A stretch of DNA of 64,000 bases from Thermovenabulum sp. (GCF_049723235.1 NZ_JBNARB010000002.1:115535-179534), one strand, 5' to 3'. Shown: positions 8,518 through 18,770, counted from the first letter of the stretch. Made by a program: numbers and translations. Notes: a model not told the origin generated them from the letters alone.

Positions 8518-10528
8518 ATATCTTAAACTTCTTTACATTTTCAATTAAGTCATTTGCAATAGAATTTAATGTCTGAGAAGATGCCGCCACTTCCTCTGAA
8601 GAAGCGGAAAGTTCTTCGGAAGATGCGGAAACTTCTTCCGAGGCAGCAGAATTTTCTTCCGCCACAGTGCTTACCTTTTCCGCTTTATCGAGAACATCAT
8701 CCTTTGATCTTGTTATGTTGTTCATGGCTTCATAAACTCTCTCAATTAAAGGTGCTACTTTCAAAGCTGATTCCAAAATTTCATTGAAAGATTGTACCGT
8801 ACTATTGACAGAATTTGTCTGCATTTCTATAAAGTCATCCACATTCTTCACAGTCGTAATAACCTCTTGTGTTTCTTTTTGAACCGCACCCACCAGTTTA
8901 TTTATTTCCTCAGTGGATTTTTTCGTTTCTTCTGCCAGTTTTCTAACTTCTTCCGCTACTACTGCAAAACCCCTGCCTGCTTCTCCCGCCCTTGCTGCTT
9001 CAATTGCGGCGTTCAGTGCAAGGAGATTGGTTTGAGCAGAAATTTCGCTGATAGTCCCGGTAAAAGCCTCTATGCCCTGTATGCTGTTTGTCAATGTGTC
9101 GATTTTTTGTATTACCACTTTAAAAGCATTTTTCACATCTTCTATAGTTTTTATCAATTTTTCCATTTCCTTTTTGCCCATATCTGCCTTGCCGGAAGTG
9201 TTCTCGGTTTCATCTTTTACACTGCTTAGCTCTTTAAAAGCATTTTCGATGTTATTACTCAAAACATCCATGAGTTTTACTATTTCCATCAGGTCATTAG
9301 CTTGAGAGGTAGCACCCTCCGCCACCTGCTGTACTGTTTTGGCAACTTCCTGGGAAGAAGCTGCCATTTCTTGGGAGACCGCCGAAAGGCTTTCCGAGTG
9401 AGCGGCAAGCTCTTTGGCCCTCTGTGTAAGGTTACCGATAAGAAATCCAAGGGAACTTTTCATCTCGTTCATGGCTCTGGCAATATCTCCTATTTCATCT
9501 TTTCTATCTAAGTACCTTTTATCTACTTCAAAGTTTAGCTCTCCTTTTGCTACGCTTTTTAGTCTTTCCACCGCAAGTTTAAGAGGATTTGAAATCCTTT
9601 TCACTATAAAGGAAAGAAGTATAACCGAAAGTAAAATCATTAATACCGTATAAATTACCGAGCTAAAGAGCATTCCTTTCAGCACACCGGTAAAATCATT
9701 TACAGGTACCGTAGCGCCAATTATATACCTTCCCGCGGTTTTATATCTCATAAAATATAAGGCATTGTCGTAATTGTATTTAAATCTTCCTTCCTCCCCT
9801 GCCAATTGCTTGCCCCAGGGAAGTTCATCGAGTTTTTTACCTATCATATTTGAATCCCTGTGACTTAGAATAGCACGGGTATCTTTATCCGCAACCAAAA
9901 TAAATCCGTTCTTGCCAAATCTGTAAATTTCAGACACTTTTTTAATATCAGCCTTTTGTAGTTCTTTTTGTAATCGCTCGGGCTTCACCCCAATCTGAAC
10001 TATTCCGGGCTTATCCATACGGGATACACCTATGTACTGAAAAAGCACTTTGTCCGTTCCCCTCTGCTGGGGCTCCTGAGCGAGTTCAAAATTTTTATCT
10101 TTTAAACCCTGTAAAAAAGGTTTAGTTTGTTCCGAAGTGTTAAAATCAAAACCGTAAAATTCCGGTACAGTTCCCCACTTTAAAACCCCATCGGAATCTA
10201 TTACGTGGATTTCCTCCACATCCATGCTCTTTGCCAGGTTTACGAGCTTTTCCCTGGAGTTTATAATTTCAGGTTTTTCAGCAATTATAAAGGCCACCGT
10301 CCTTGCTTTGGTAATGTAAAGGGCGTTCAATTCTTCCTTTAATTCCTTTATTCTCTCATCCTGATTTTTTACGTAATTTTCCACTTCCTGCACCTTTTGC
10401 GCAGCAAATTCATCCATTTGCCCCGATACCATATTAGTCGTAAAATAATAAGAAATTGCCGTAAGTATTAGAGTTGAAAGTATTACTATAATCGCAACGG
10501 GTATTGTGATTTGTTTTCTTATATCCAT
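8516..10528 (-). CDS. methyl-accepting chemotaxis protein (extracellular Cache-like sensor, HAMP, MCP signalling domain)
   Basis: N-terminal TM helix, ~270-aa periplasmic region, second TM helix, then [31 protein letters not shown] (highly conserved MCP hairpin). GGAGGG lies 6 nt before ATG 10528; the track starts at TTG 10546. Confidence 0.9.
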   Translation of the reverse strand: MDIRKQITIPVAIIVILSTLILTAISYYFTTNMVSGQMDEFAAQKVQEVENYVKNQDERIKELKEELNALYITKARTVAFIIAEKPEIINSREKLVNLAKSMDVEEIHVIDSDGVLKWGTVPEFYGFDFNTSEQTKPFLQGLKDKNFELAQEPQQRGTDKVLFQYIGVSRMDKPGIVQIGVKPERLQKELQKADIKKVSEIYRFGKNGFILVADKDTRAILSHRDSNMIGKKLDELPWGKQLAGEEGRFKYNYDNALYFMRYKTAGRYIIGATVPVNDFTGVLKGMLFSSVIYTVLMILLSVILLSFIVKRISNPLKLAVERLKSVAKGELNFEVDKRYLDRKDEIGDIARAMNEMKSSLGFLIGNLTQRAKELAAHSESLSAVSQEMAASSQEVAKTVQQVAEGATSQANDLMEIVKLMDVLSNNIENAFKELSSVKDETENTSGKADMGKKEMEKLIKTIEDVKNAFKVVIQKIDTLTNSIQGIEAFTGTISEISAQTNLLALNAAIEAARAGEAGRGFAVVAEEVRKLAEETKKSTEEINKLVGAVQKETQEVITTVKNVDDFIEMQTNSVNSTVQSFNEILESALKVAPLIERVYEAMNNITRSKDDVLDKAEKVSTVAEENSAASEEVSASSEELSASSEEVAASSQTLNSIANDLIENVKKFKI

Positions 10529-10755
10529 AAACATCCCTCCAAACAAAGTTTTTTGTGAATTTTAAACAATATTTGGACTCATTTTTTTGTAATATTTTAA
10601 CTATATTTGTTATTTTTTAATATGTTTAAATTATATTACAAAATTCGACAAAAAATCAATAATTTAGTTTTTCTACATAAAATTTGAAGGATATTTGTCA
10701 TAATATGTAGAATTATATAAAAGCTATTCTTTACTTTCTGAGCGGCGGTGATAGG

Positions 10756-12390
10756 GTGAATTTTAAAAAGTTTTACATAATTTCAACCGTCATTTTATGC
10801 ATATTGCCCATGATTTTTTTATTTTTATACGTTGTAAGAATACTCATCCCTGGCTATGAAAGGACAATTACCAATTACCATATAGTTGAAACCCAAAAAA
10901 ATTTAGAAAAAATCATCGGCAAAAACCTGGAAGATTTAAAAATAACCGCCCGGGATTATTCTGTTTGGAGCAATATGTACGAAGCCTTTCAGATAAAAGA
11001 TATAGAATATATTAAAAGAAACTACAGCGGTTATCTCCCTGATGAACCCTATAACCTTTCGCTAATACTGGCGGTGGATCTAAATAAAAACCCCCTTGAT
11101 TTTTATTCCGATCAGCCTTATTCCGTTGATTCCCTTCTTCAAAATAAAGAAATAGACATCCTATATAAGAAAACCTTAGAGGATTTAAAAAATGGCGGGT
11201 TGAATGCCGCTATAAAATCAGGATACATAAAGTTAAATAATTATATTTACGCCTTCGGAATATCCCCGATTCTCGACGATCGGGATTTTTCAAAACCTCC
11301 TATGGGAATACTGCTGATAGGGCGTGAAATTAATGAAAATTTTCTCGGAAAGGTAAACTCTTATATAGAATCCCCTTTAATTTTCTGCAATGAAGATAAA
11401 GAGCATCCTCCATTAATAAAAGGTTTTTTAAAAAGAGAAATCCCTGTCTTTGACATCTGGGGTCATCCCTTGGGGCGATTTATCTCATATTTCAACCTGG
11501 GAGTTTTAAGAACCATATACCGCAACTTCTTTCTTTTCTTTATTATCTTCTGCATATTTATCTTTTCTTTAGGAGTATTGTTTGCCATTTCTTTTTCCTC
11601 ATATTTTGCCAGACAGTTTTATGATCTTGAAGTAAATGCTTTGAAAAGTTTATCTATAAATAATAGTGAACGCATCTCCGGAATAATTGCCCAGAATATC
11701 AAAAACCCTTTCAAAAAGGTCTCAATGGTGGTCGATATTCTTTCAAGGGAACTAAAAGAAAAAATAGCGGTTCTGGAGGCACAAAGAAAAAGACTCCTTA
11801 CCCTTTACGAATCGGAAAAAAGGCAGTTTGAAGACACTATAAAAATGCTTGTCTCAATAGTAGAATTAAAAGACCCTTACACCAAAGGCCATGCAGAAAG
11901 GGTAAGTAAAATAGCCGTAAAAATAGGCGAAAAGCTCGGAATATCACCTTCCGAGCGGGAAAATCTTGAAATAGCAGGGCTTTTACATGACATAGGCAAG
12001 ATAATCATCCCTGAAAACATACTAAACAAAACCGGAAAACTTTCCAGGGATGAGTATGAGTTAATAAAACTGCACACCACTTACGGATTTCATATATTAA
12101 ATGAGAACCAGACCTTCCGGCACATTGCAAAAATAGTTCTTTTCCACCACGAAAACATTAACGGCACGGGCTACCCCAGAGGCATTAAAGGAGAAGATAT
12201 TCCCTTAGAGTCAAAAATTATTTCTATTGCCGATGTTTACGATGCCCTTACTACGGACAGGCCCTATCGAAAAGCTTATTCCAAAGAAGAAGCCCTAAAA
12301 ATTATGGAACAGGATGCGGGGAAAAAATTTGATGAAAAGATTTTTGAGGTGTTCAAGGAAGTAATAAGGGAGGGCGATATCCATAGTTAG
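10756..12390 (+). CDS. membrane sensor protein with C-terminal HD-GYP domain (c-di-GMP phosphodiesterase family)
   Basis: Motifs: HAERV, LLHDIGK, HHENINGTGYPRG (HD-GYP signature). Two TM segments flank a ~230-aa extracytoplasmic domain. GTG start. Confidence 0.85.
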   Translation: MNFKKFYIISTVILCILPMIFLFLYVVRILIPGYERTITNYHIVETQKNLEKIIGKNLEDLKITARDYSVWSNMYEAFQIKDIEYIKRNYSGYLPDEPYNLSLILAVDLNKNPLDFYSDQPYSVDSLLQNKEIDILYKKTLEDLKNGGLNAAIKSGYIKLNNYIYAFGISPILDDRDFSKPPMGILLIGREINENFLGKVNSYIESPLIFCNEDKEHPPLIKGFLKREIPVFDIWGHPLGRFISYFNLGVLRTIYRNFFLFFIIFCIFIFSLGVLFAISFSSYFARQFYDLEVNALKSLSINNSERISGIIAQNIKNPFKKVSMVVDILSRELKEKIAVLEAQRKRLLTLYESEKRQFEDTIKMLVSIVELKDPYTKGHAERVSKIAVKIGEKLGISPSERENLEIAGLLHDIGKIIIPENILNKTGKLSRDEYELIKLHTTYGFHILNENQTFRHIAKIVLFHHENINGTGYPRGIKGEDIPLESKIISIADVYDALTTDRPYRKAYSKEEALKIMEQDAGKKFDEKIFEVFKEVIREGDIHS

Positions 12391-12561
12391 TTAAGTCTAT
12401 ATAATTGTGTAAAAAGGGATTGAGCCTCTCCCACCCTCTGGTTAGAAGATTCAAAAATATTTCATCACCTTCTTTTAAAAAAACTAAAGATGAAGGAATG
12501 GCTAAACTTTTGGAATTAAAGCCGAACCTTAAACTGGATTTGAACAAACTAAAACGTGTTG

Positions 12562-12620
12562 TATAAAATAAAGGATATATTCATTGCACTGTCCTTTAAA
12601 GCCTTGGAGCCCCTAACTCT
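12562..12620 (+). repeat. element A: degenerate copy of a ~60-70-nt element also found at 18030-18099
   Basis: Shared blocks: AAGGaTATAT, TGCACTGtCCTT (12585-12596), CCTTGGAGcCCCtAACTC (12602-12619). Preceded by TTGAAC (12540-12545) and TAAAAT (12564-12569). Followed by the terminator at 12625-12654. Confidence 0.5.
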
Positions 12621-12624
12621 CACT

Positions 12625-12654
12625 AAAGAGGCAGGCTTTTAGCCTGCCTCTTTT
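12625..12654. terminator. strong hairpin terminator between the HD-GYP gene and the convergent SLH gene
   Basis: AAAGAGGCAGGC-tttta-GCCTGCCTCTTT (12-bp stem), followed by TTTT on the plus strand. It lies 6 nt beyond the SLH gene stop. Confidence 0.75.
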
Positions 12655-12659
12655 AGTCC

Positions 12660-15600
12660 CTATTCTCCATTAAAACTTCCCATAATATATAAGCTCTCTT
12701 TTGTTAATATTGAAATATTTTCTTTTACATCGATTAAGTTAATATTAACTCTAAATAATCCCTCTATGTTACATATTATATAAACTTGAGTAGTTGATTC
12801 ATAAACTGCAGGTAATTCAAATCCATTTAACGGTCCCCATCCAGTTTCAACTATATTATACCAATTCCCTGCAGTATCCTTTGCCCAGAGCTGTATTTTT
12901 TCAGAAGCATCTGTCCAACCATAATTTTCATCATATACTTCAACTGATACCGTCATTCTTACAGCATCATAACCTAATAAACCTTCTTTAACAGTTTTAA
13001 GCGTTATATTAATAGGCGTTTTGTCATATACAAATTGTTCTACAATTTCATTCGAAATTGGAATCCCATTATTTTCAGGTAATAAATCACCAGAATAAAA
13101 TGTGATATTATCAAGTAACTCTATTTCGTATTGAGAATGTTCATCTATCCAAAAATCAAACCAAGTTAATGATAAATCTATTTTACTTTCTCCATCCTTG
13201 CCATATAAGTTCCCCTCTATTTTAAACCTTCCTGATTCAGCTACAGCTATATAAACATCCCAATAATTAATATAATTTGGTGCAATTTCTTCGTTTATTT
13301 GAAATTCATAACCTATTAGATTGTACCATTGATCATTATCTTTCAACCATACTTGAACTTTTTCATTAGCTAAAACCCAATTATTCTCTCCAGCTTCTTG
13401 ATATGCTTTTACTTCAACAACAGCACCATTATAAGGTAAATTACCTAAACAATTTGGATCTGATTCGATTATTAATTTGATTGGCAAAATATTATTAGAA
13501 GTTAAAATAGTTTTAATTTCGTTTTCTTTAATTAGTCCTTTATTTATTATCAAATTGTCTCCCCAATCGAACCCCATTTTATATAGCGAATGAGCATTTA
13601 ACGTTAATTCTATAAACTTCTCATCTATTGTTTTATTTGTATTTAAATCGTATAACTTTGTTTTAACTATATATTTTCCTGGTTTTTTTACGATTACATG
13701 TATTGGTAAAGTTATTTCCTCTCCAGAAAATAATGCTATACCTTCTTGAGGTCCCCACCCATTGGTAATAATGTTTTCCCAATCTCCTGCCGTATCCTTT
13801 GTAAAAAGCATCAATTTATCTTCTCCAGGAACATAATTTTCTCCATCTATTTCATAAACATATTCTATTACAATTCGCGCACTTTTATAATTTTTTTCAG
13901 ATATTATATCCCCATAATCCGACATAAATATAGGTTGTATTTTCAAATTTATTGGAGAATATCCTGCAGATAATTCATTCATTAATCTATTTAATTCATC
14001 TTGATTTTTATAATTATTTTCAAAATATGGTTCTATAGCAAAACTTACAAAACTATCTAAATTTGCTATATTAAATTCTGGATATTCTCTAAAAGAATAA
14101 TTTACATTTTTGGAAATTATTAGGAATTTATGGCTATTTATAGGTTCTTCCCATAATTCAAATTGAATCTGATAATTACCGTAATCTTTAATAATAGGAT
14201 ATATATACATAGTTACTGTCGTTTCTGCCCCTAAGTTGCCAATATTATACCAATTTGAATTTTCATCATATTTTTGAGCAATATCTATCCACCCTGCTTC
14301 TTCATTATATACCCAAAGTTGAACATCATTATATGGTTCAAAATTTTCATTAACCACCATTGCCCTCATTGAGACATTATTATATGGATTCCCTGATCCT
14401 ATTCCTTTAATTGTGATTTCGATTGGTTTAATTTCTTCTAAAATATTTTCACTAAAATCTTCAGGCACTGGCAATGTTTCAACCTTTTTGAATGAAAAGT
14501 TATTATTTATCTTAATATCCGGCTCAATATATATTTCATTTTGAACTGCTGTCACATTAATTTCTATTTCATTTGATGTGATTTCAGCATCATTATTCTG
14601 TGTATCAACAAGCGTAAACTTTATTTTACACTGACCTGCTTCTTTAAATGATACTGAAATATTGGTGTTGGGATTATAATCCTTTAATATAAATGTATTT
14701 TGGTTTCCTCCTTCCCTCCACGGTTCCCAATACCATATTCTATTTTCTTTGATTACAGTTCCCGGAGCAAAAATTTCTACAGTGTCCTCAGCTATTCCTT
14801 CTGGTTTTTCAACCTCAATTTTCATCTTCGGATTTATATATCCAAATTCTCCTCTGTTTTCCAAGTCACAGTATAAATAAACATTTATATCTTTATATTC
14901 ATTTACTTTTACATCATTTGGCCCTGAAATTTCAATTGTATATTTTGGTTTTTGGAAGTATATAAGCAAGCCTTCTCCACTGGATATTCTTTCTGGTAAT
15001 GCCTTAGTATCTATGAGATACGCTGAAAATTTATCAAAATATACATTGTCTTCTATAGTATCTTTATCATAGTATAACCTATACGGTATCTCGATTTTTT
15101 CACCATATACATAGTCTCTTATATCTAAGTATTGTATCTTTGATTCATTATTAAATATCATCCTTTGTTTTTCATTGTTATTTTTATCGTATACAACAAA
15201 TATTACATTTAAATCATCAGGTAGTGTTTCCCATAATTCTAATTCTAATTTTACATCACCACTATTTATTAAATCACTTAATTTTATTTCACCTTCTTTA
15301 TAAGGTCCACCGATAAGTGTCCTTATTTCATTATTTTCAATAGTACCAAAATGATAATATGGTACCGTATCAAATTTTATAGTATAAACTTTACCGATTT
15401 TATTTGTATATTTATTTTTTACATTAATTTTTATTTCATTATTATTAAAATCTTTTACTATTTCTGCATATGTATTTGGATCCTTTGTAACAATTTCTTC
15501 TATGTTATAATTGTCTAGGGTCAAATATTTCCCGATTAAATTATTATTTTCATGAAATTCTTCTATATAAGGTATATGAATTGTAATGTTATCAGGAATA

Positions 15601-17816
15601 TCTCCGCTATAAAGTTTTTCGAAAGTTCTCTGTTCGTTATACCAAATAAAGTTAGCGGCAATTTTAAATGATTTTAATGTATAATCAGTATTATCAACAA
15701 CATTAAGCGTAAATGTTACCTCCTCATTTTCGTTCCCAGCTATGTCCTTTACCGCACCTGCTGCTACTTTAAATGTAAATGTCCCTACCAAGCCGCATAC
15801 CTCATTACCTGTATCCGGTGTCACTATCAATGTCTTCTTTGTCGTGTCTGAATTGTCAAGGGATAGAACACCGTATCTTACGTATCCATTTCCAAGATTT
15901 ACTTTAACAATCGGTGTGCCTACTACTTCCACTGGCTCACTTACTTCTACTTTTATCGATGTTACTTTATCCCCTAAGTTGCAGGTTAATTTTCCATCTG
16001 TCGATGTTATTACTTTTCCACCTTCAAAAGTAGCGGTTAGAATCTTCATCGTGGGTTGTGTTAAATCTACAAATCTCGCTTCTATTGTATGTTTCTCTTT
16101 TATATTGCTGAATGTGTAAGTCATTGTCGTATCATTCGTAATTTCGATAGGTGAACTATCTACAAGCACCTGGGATATCTTGTATCCGCTGTTTGCTGTA
16201 ATTGTAAATTCTTTTGAACCACCATTGGCTACGGCTATTTCTCCAGATGGGGTTATGGTTCCGCCCTCTCCTGCTGTGGCGGTTATGGTATATGTAGTAG
16301 GTGTAGAAGGACCTCCTCCAGTGCTACCTCCTCCTGTTCCCCCTCCACCACCTGATCCACCGGTTTCTGATTTTTGCGGCTGACTTTGGGTTGTGCTTGT
16401 TACTTCCGTTCCACCTACAACAGCTTTTACATCGTTTTCGACAACTACATTTTTAACTTTTTGCTCAATTACTACCTCATTAGCCTTTACAACAGCTTTT
16501 TCAATTGTTCCCTGACCCTCTATGTTTGCCTTCGCATTTACTTCCACAGTTTTAACTACAACATCTCCAGCAAGGACTAACTTTGTTTCCTTAGCCGTTT
16601 CGGCAACAACTAAGTTTTCTATAACAGTATTTTGCACCACAACTTGAGCGCTTTCAGCCTTTACTTCTACATTTTTAATTTCAACCTTTTCAAGCGCAAC
16701 CAATTCTACATTTTTTACCTGTTCAGAAATAAAAAGATTTGTTATGGTACCATTTGCAATTTCTATTTTAACACCTTCTGTTTCTACCTTAAGGGTTTCT
16801 ACTTGTGTAGCTATTACAGCTTTTTCCTCCGTTGCAACGAATACATTTTTTACAACCGCTTCCTGAGTATTTTCAGCTTCTATCTTTGCTCCTGAATTTA
16901 ATTCCATATTTTCAATAACAGTTTTACCCTGTATTGCTATTCTAATATTTCCGCCTTCTTTTTCTATAGTTACATACCCAAGATTTGAATCTTTTATAAT
17001 AATACTATTTTGCCCACCGCCAAAGACTAAGGTTTTCCCTTTTACCACAACGTTTTCTAATACAACTTCTCCTTCACCTATGCCATGGGCTAAATATAAG
17101 TTTCCATTAATTACGGCATTCTTAAAAGTTACATTAGGTCTATTTATTATTACATTTTTATATTCCGTTTTTTCGTTTTCTTTCCCATATACTCCTTCTT
17201 TATTTATTACATAGCTAAATGCATTATCAAGAACCTTTATAACCTCAGCTCTCGTAGCTTTACCTTCTGGCTTGAAAGTGCCATCGGTATATCCATTCAT
17301 ATAACCTTCTTTCACTATTGCACATACAGCACCCTTAGCCCACTGTGCAACCTTATCTTTATCCTTAAAATTTTCTAATAAACTATCATCGTTTATCTCG
17401 TTTAATTTTACAAGCCTACCTATTATAGCGGCCATTTCCTGTCTTGTAATCTCATTATTGGGTTTAAAAGTATTATCACTATAACCGTTTACAATTTTTG
17501 CTGCAAAAGCTTTTGCGATTTCATCATAATACCAGGAATTCTTTTCAACATCTTTGAAATTTATTTCCGCTTTTTTATAAAACCCGAAAACCCTATTTAT
17601 TAAAGTTACAAACTCTGCTCTTGTAATAGTTTTATCCGGTTTTATTGTTCCATCGGAATAACCAGATAATAAACCATTTTGATTCCATTTTATTAAAACA
17701 TCTTTCGCCCAATGAGTTTTTAATTCAGGATAATCTGCCGCTCTTGCTGTAAAGGAAAATAAAAATAAAAATACTAAGGTAAACATTGCTGTAATTTTTA
17801 TAATTTTGCAGTTCAA
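12660..17816 (-). CDS. 1718-aa cell-surface protein: signal peptide, 3 SLH domains, beta-solenoid-like repeats, Gly-rich linker, B-repeat-like domain, then four or more copies of an unassigned ~150-aa module
   Basis: TTG start with GGGGGG RBS 7 nt upstream. Signal peptide ...FSFTARA/AD. Three SLH repeats (W..D.......G...GY.DGTFKP...ITR.E). VxVxN-rich repeats. GGSGGGGGTGGGSTGGG linker. YTITATAGEGGTITPSG. The C-terminal modules share a Q(L/V)W.KD..G.WYNI..GWGP..G motif. Confidence 0.85.
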   Translation of the reverse strand: MNCKIIKITAMFTLVFLFLFSFTARAADYPELKTHWAKDVLIKWNQNGLLSGYSDGTIKPDKTITRAEFVTLINRVFGFYKKAEINFKDVEKNSWYYDEIAKAFAAKIVNGYSDNTFKPNNEITRQEMAAIIGRLVKLNEINDDSLLENFKDKDKVAQWAKGAVCAIVKEGYMNGYTDGTFKPEGKATRAEVIKVLDNAFSYVINKEGVYGKENEKTEYKNVIINRPNVTFKNAVINGNLYLAHGIGEGEVVLENVVVKGKTLVFGGGQNSIIIKDSNLGYVTIEKEGGNIRIAIQGKTVIENMELNSGAKIEAENTQEAVVKNVFVATEEKAVIATQVETLKVETEGVKIEIANGTITNLFISEQVKNVELVALEKVEIKNVEVKAESAQVVVQNTVIENLVVAETAKETKLVLAGDVVVKTVEVNAKANIEGQGTIEKAVVKANEVVIEQKVKNVVVENDVKAVVGGTEVTSTTQSQPQKSETGGSGGGGGTGGGSTGGGPSTPTTYTITATAGEGGTITPSGEIAVANGGSKEFTITANSGYKISQVLVDSSPIEITNDTTMTYTFSNIKEKHTIEARFVDLTQPTMKILTATFEGGKVITSTDGKLTCNLGDKVTSIKVEVSEPVEVVGTPIVKVNLGNGYVRYGVLSLDNSDTTKKTLIVTPDTGNEVCGLVGTFTFKVAAGAVKDIAGNENEEVTFTLNVVDNTDYTLKSFKIAANFIWYNEQRTFEKLYSGDIPDNITIHIPYIEEFHENNNLIGKYLTLDNYNIEEIVTKDPNTYAEIVKDFNNNEIKINVKNKYTNKIGKVYTIKFDTVPYYHFGTIENNEIRTLIGGPYKEGEIKLSDLINSGDVKLELELWETLPDDLNVIFVVYDKNNNEKQRMIFNNESKIQYLDIRDYVYGEKIEIPYRLYYDKDTIEDNVYFDKFSAYLIDTKALPERISSGEGLLIYFQKPKYTIEISGPNDVKVNEYKDINVYLYCDLENRGEFGYINPKMKIEVEKPEGIAEDTVEIFAPGTVIKENRIWYWEPWREGGNQNTFILKDYNPNTNISVSFKEAGQCKIKFTLVDTQNNDAEITSNEIEINVTAVQNEIYIEPDIKINNNFSFKKVETLPVPEDFSENILEEIKPIEITIKGIGSGNPYNNVSMRAMVVNENFEPYNDVQLWVYNEEAGWIDIAQKYDENSNWYNIGNLGAETTVTMYIYPIIKDYGNYQIQFELWEEPINSHKFLIISKNVNYSFREYPEFNIANLDSFVSFAIEPYFENNYKNQDELNRLMNELSAGYSPINLKIQPIFMSDYGDIISEKNYKSARIVIEYVYEIDGENYVPGEDKLMLFTKDTAGDWENIITNGWGPQEGIALFSGEEITLPIHVIVKKPGKYIVKTKLYDLNTNKTIDEKFIELTLNAHSLYKMGFDWGDNLIINKGLIKENEIKTILTSNNILPIKLIIESDPNCLGNLPYNGAVVEVKAYQEAGENNWVLANEKVQVWLKDNDQWYNLIGYEFQINEEIAPNYINYWDVYIAVAESGRFKIEGNLYGKDGESKIDLSLTWFDFWIDEHSQYEIELLDNITFYSGDLLPENNGIPISNEIVEQFVYDKTPINITLKTVKEGLLGYDAVRMTVSVEVYDENYGWTDASEKIQLWAKDTAGNWYNIVETGWGPLNGFELPAVYESTTQVYIICNIEGLFRVNINLIDVKENISILTKESLYIMGSFNGE

Positions 17817-17893
17817 ATAAAAACCCCCCTTTTGTTGTATATTTTCTAATGAAAAATATTAATAAAAATAATTCAACACACCCCCTTAAGGCT

Positions 17894-17923
17894 AAAATAA
17901 AAAACTGCCGTAATAACGGCAGT
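17894..17923 (-). terminator. terminator-like hairpin ~80-110 nt upstream of the SLH gene start (attenuator or read-through stop)
   Basis: ACTGCCG-ttatta-CGGCAGT followed by UUUUUAUUUU on the minus strand. Confidence 0.5.
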
Positions 17924-18029
17924 GCAAAAAATCTTATTAAGAAAAAATACGAATTAAAACGACAAATTTTTACATTAAATGACAAAAATATGTTGCCAAG
18001 ATTAAAATAATATATTAAAATAATATATT

Positions 18030-18099
18030 ATTATAAAAACAAGGGTATATATGCACTGCCCTTATCTTTTGACCTTTGGAGGCCCCAACTCCAAGGGTC
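18030..18099 (+). repeat. element B: better-preserved copy of element A, containing an 11-bp hairpin
   Basis: AAGGgTATAT, TGCACTGcCCTT (18052-18063), CCTTTGGAGgCCCcAACTCC. Hairpin GACCTTTGGAG-gccccaa-CTCCAAGGGTC (18071-18099), then TTAATATTTTT. Preceded by TTGCCA (17993-17998)-N17-TAAAAT (18016-18021). Confidence 0.5.
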
Positions 18100-18215
18100 T
18101 TAATATTTTTAATTATAGTTACAAATATAACAAAACAATTCACAAAAACACATGTATAATATTCTTCAATTTTTTTTAAAATCCTTCTGTAAAAATATAA
18201 TATTTCTAATTTTTA

Positions 18216-18247
18216 CAATAAATAAAACAAGGGCTTCTATGCCCTTG
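18216..18247 (-). terminator. terminator of the PadR-permease operon
   Basis: CAAGGGC-atagaa-GCCCTTG with the stop codon in the loop, then UUUUAUUUAUU on the minus strand. Confidence 0.65.
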
Positions 18248-18770
18248 TTTCATATCTTTCATAAATCATCCTTTTCTCTTCACCGCTTATAATTCTATCT
18301 ATTAAGGCCGCGATTAATATTATACCCACCACATCCACTATCCATCGAGTTATCGCAAACCTGCTTCCAAGAGAGGTCATTTCAAATAAAAACATAGGAA
18401 TTTTAAGCGTGGACCAGGCTCCAAGAAATATCAATATGTTTGATAGCTTGGCGCCTTTTTTAATCATAACCTCCGCTACCGGAAAAGTTCCGTATAAAGG
18501 CCCCGCTGCGGCCGATCCTAAAAATATGCTGAGTATTATCCCCTTTATTCCCGACCCTTCTCCAAGGAGTTTTATAATCGTCTCTCTGGGCACCCAGGTG
18601 TCAAGAAGACCCAGAAGAAGGAATATTGGCGGTATCACGGCCAGCATATTTAAGAAGTTATTTTTAGTACTTATAAAAATCTTTATTCCGAGTTTTTTAT
18701 CCATAATAAAAATTGCAATATCAATAAGCATTATAAATATAAACAGGGCGTATTTTTTTATGAATTTCAT
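18237..18770 (-). CDS. half-size permease subunit (second of a pair; two-component membrane permease / DUF318-like)
   Basis: 177 aa, ~5 TM segments. Its block LGSAAAGPLYGTFPVAEVMIKKGAKL is homologous to the partner's IGSITLIPGFVAFPLAASLLQKGAGV. 4-nt start/stop overlap. Confidence 0.6.
   Translation of the reverse strand: MKFIKKYALFIFIMLIDIAIFIMDKKLGIKIFISTKNNFLNMLAVIPPIFLLLGLLDTWVPRETIIKLLGEGSGIKGIILSIFLGSAAAGPLYGTFPVAEVMIKKGAKLSNILIFLGAWSTLKIPMFLFEMTSLGSRFAITRWIVDVVGIILIAALIDRIISGEEKRMIYERYETRA

Noticed and set aside
8569-9653. Several plus-strand ORFs (72-145 aa) inside the MCP gene.
   Set aside because: They are antisense shadows of the MCP coiled-coil region with repetitive low-complexity products.
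12499-12567. 22-codon plus-strand ORF MAKLLELKPNLKLDLNKLKRVV*.
   Set aside because: The only purine-rich stretch abuts the ATG with no spacing. I could recognise no homology. It overlaps the promoter-like hexamers of element A.
17849-18010. 53-codon plus-strand ORF MKNINKNNSTHPLKAKIKNC... upstream of the SLH gene.
   Set aside because: No RBS. The K/N-rich composition is typical of translated AT-rich spacer. It spans the terminator-like hairpin.
18001-18026. Tandem 13-mer ATTAAAATAATAT x2; I checked whether it could be a CRISPR or other array.
   Set aside because: There are only two adjacent copies with no spacers. It is AT-rich slippage sequence that also provides the -10 hexamer of element B.
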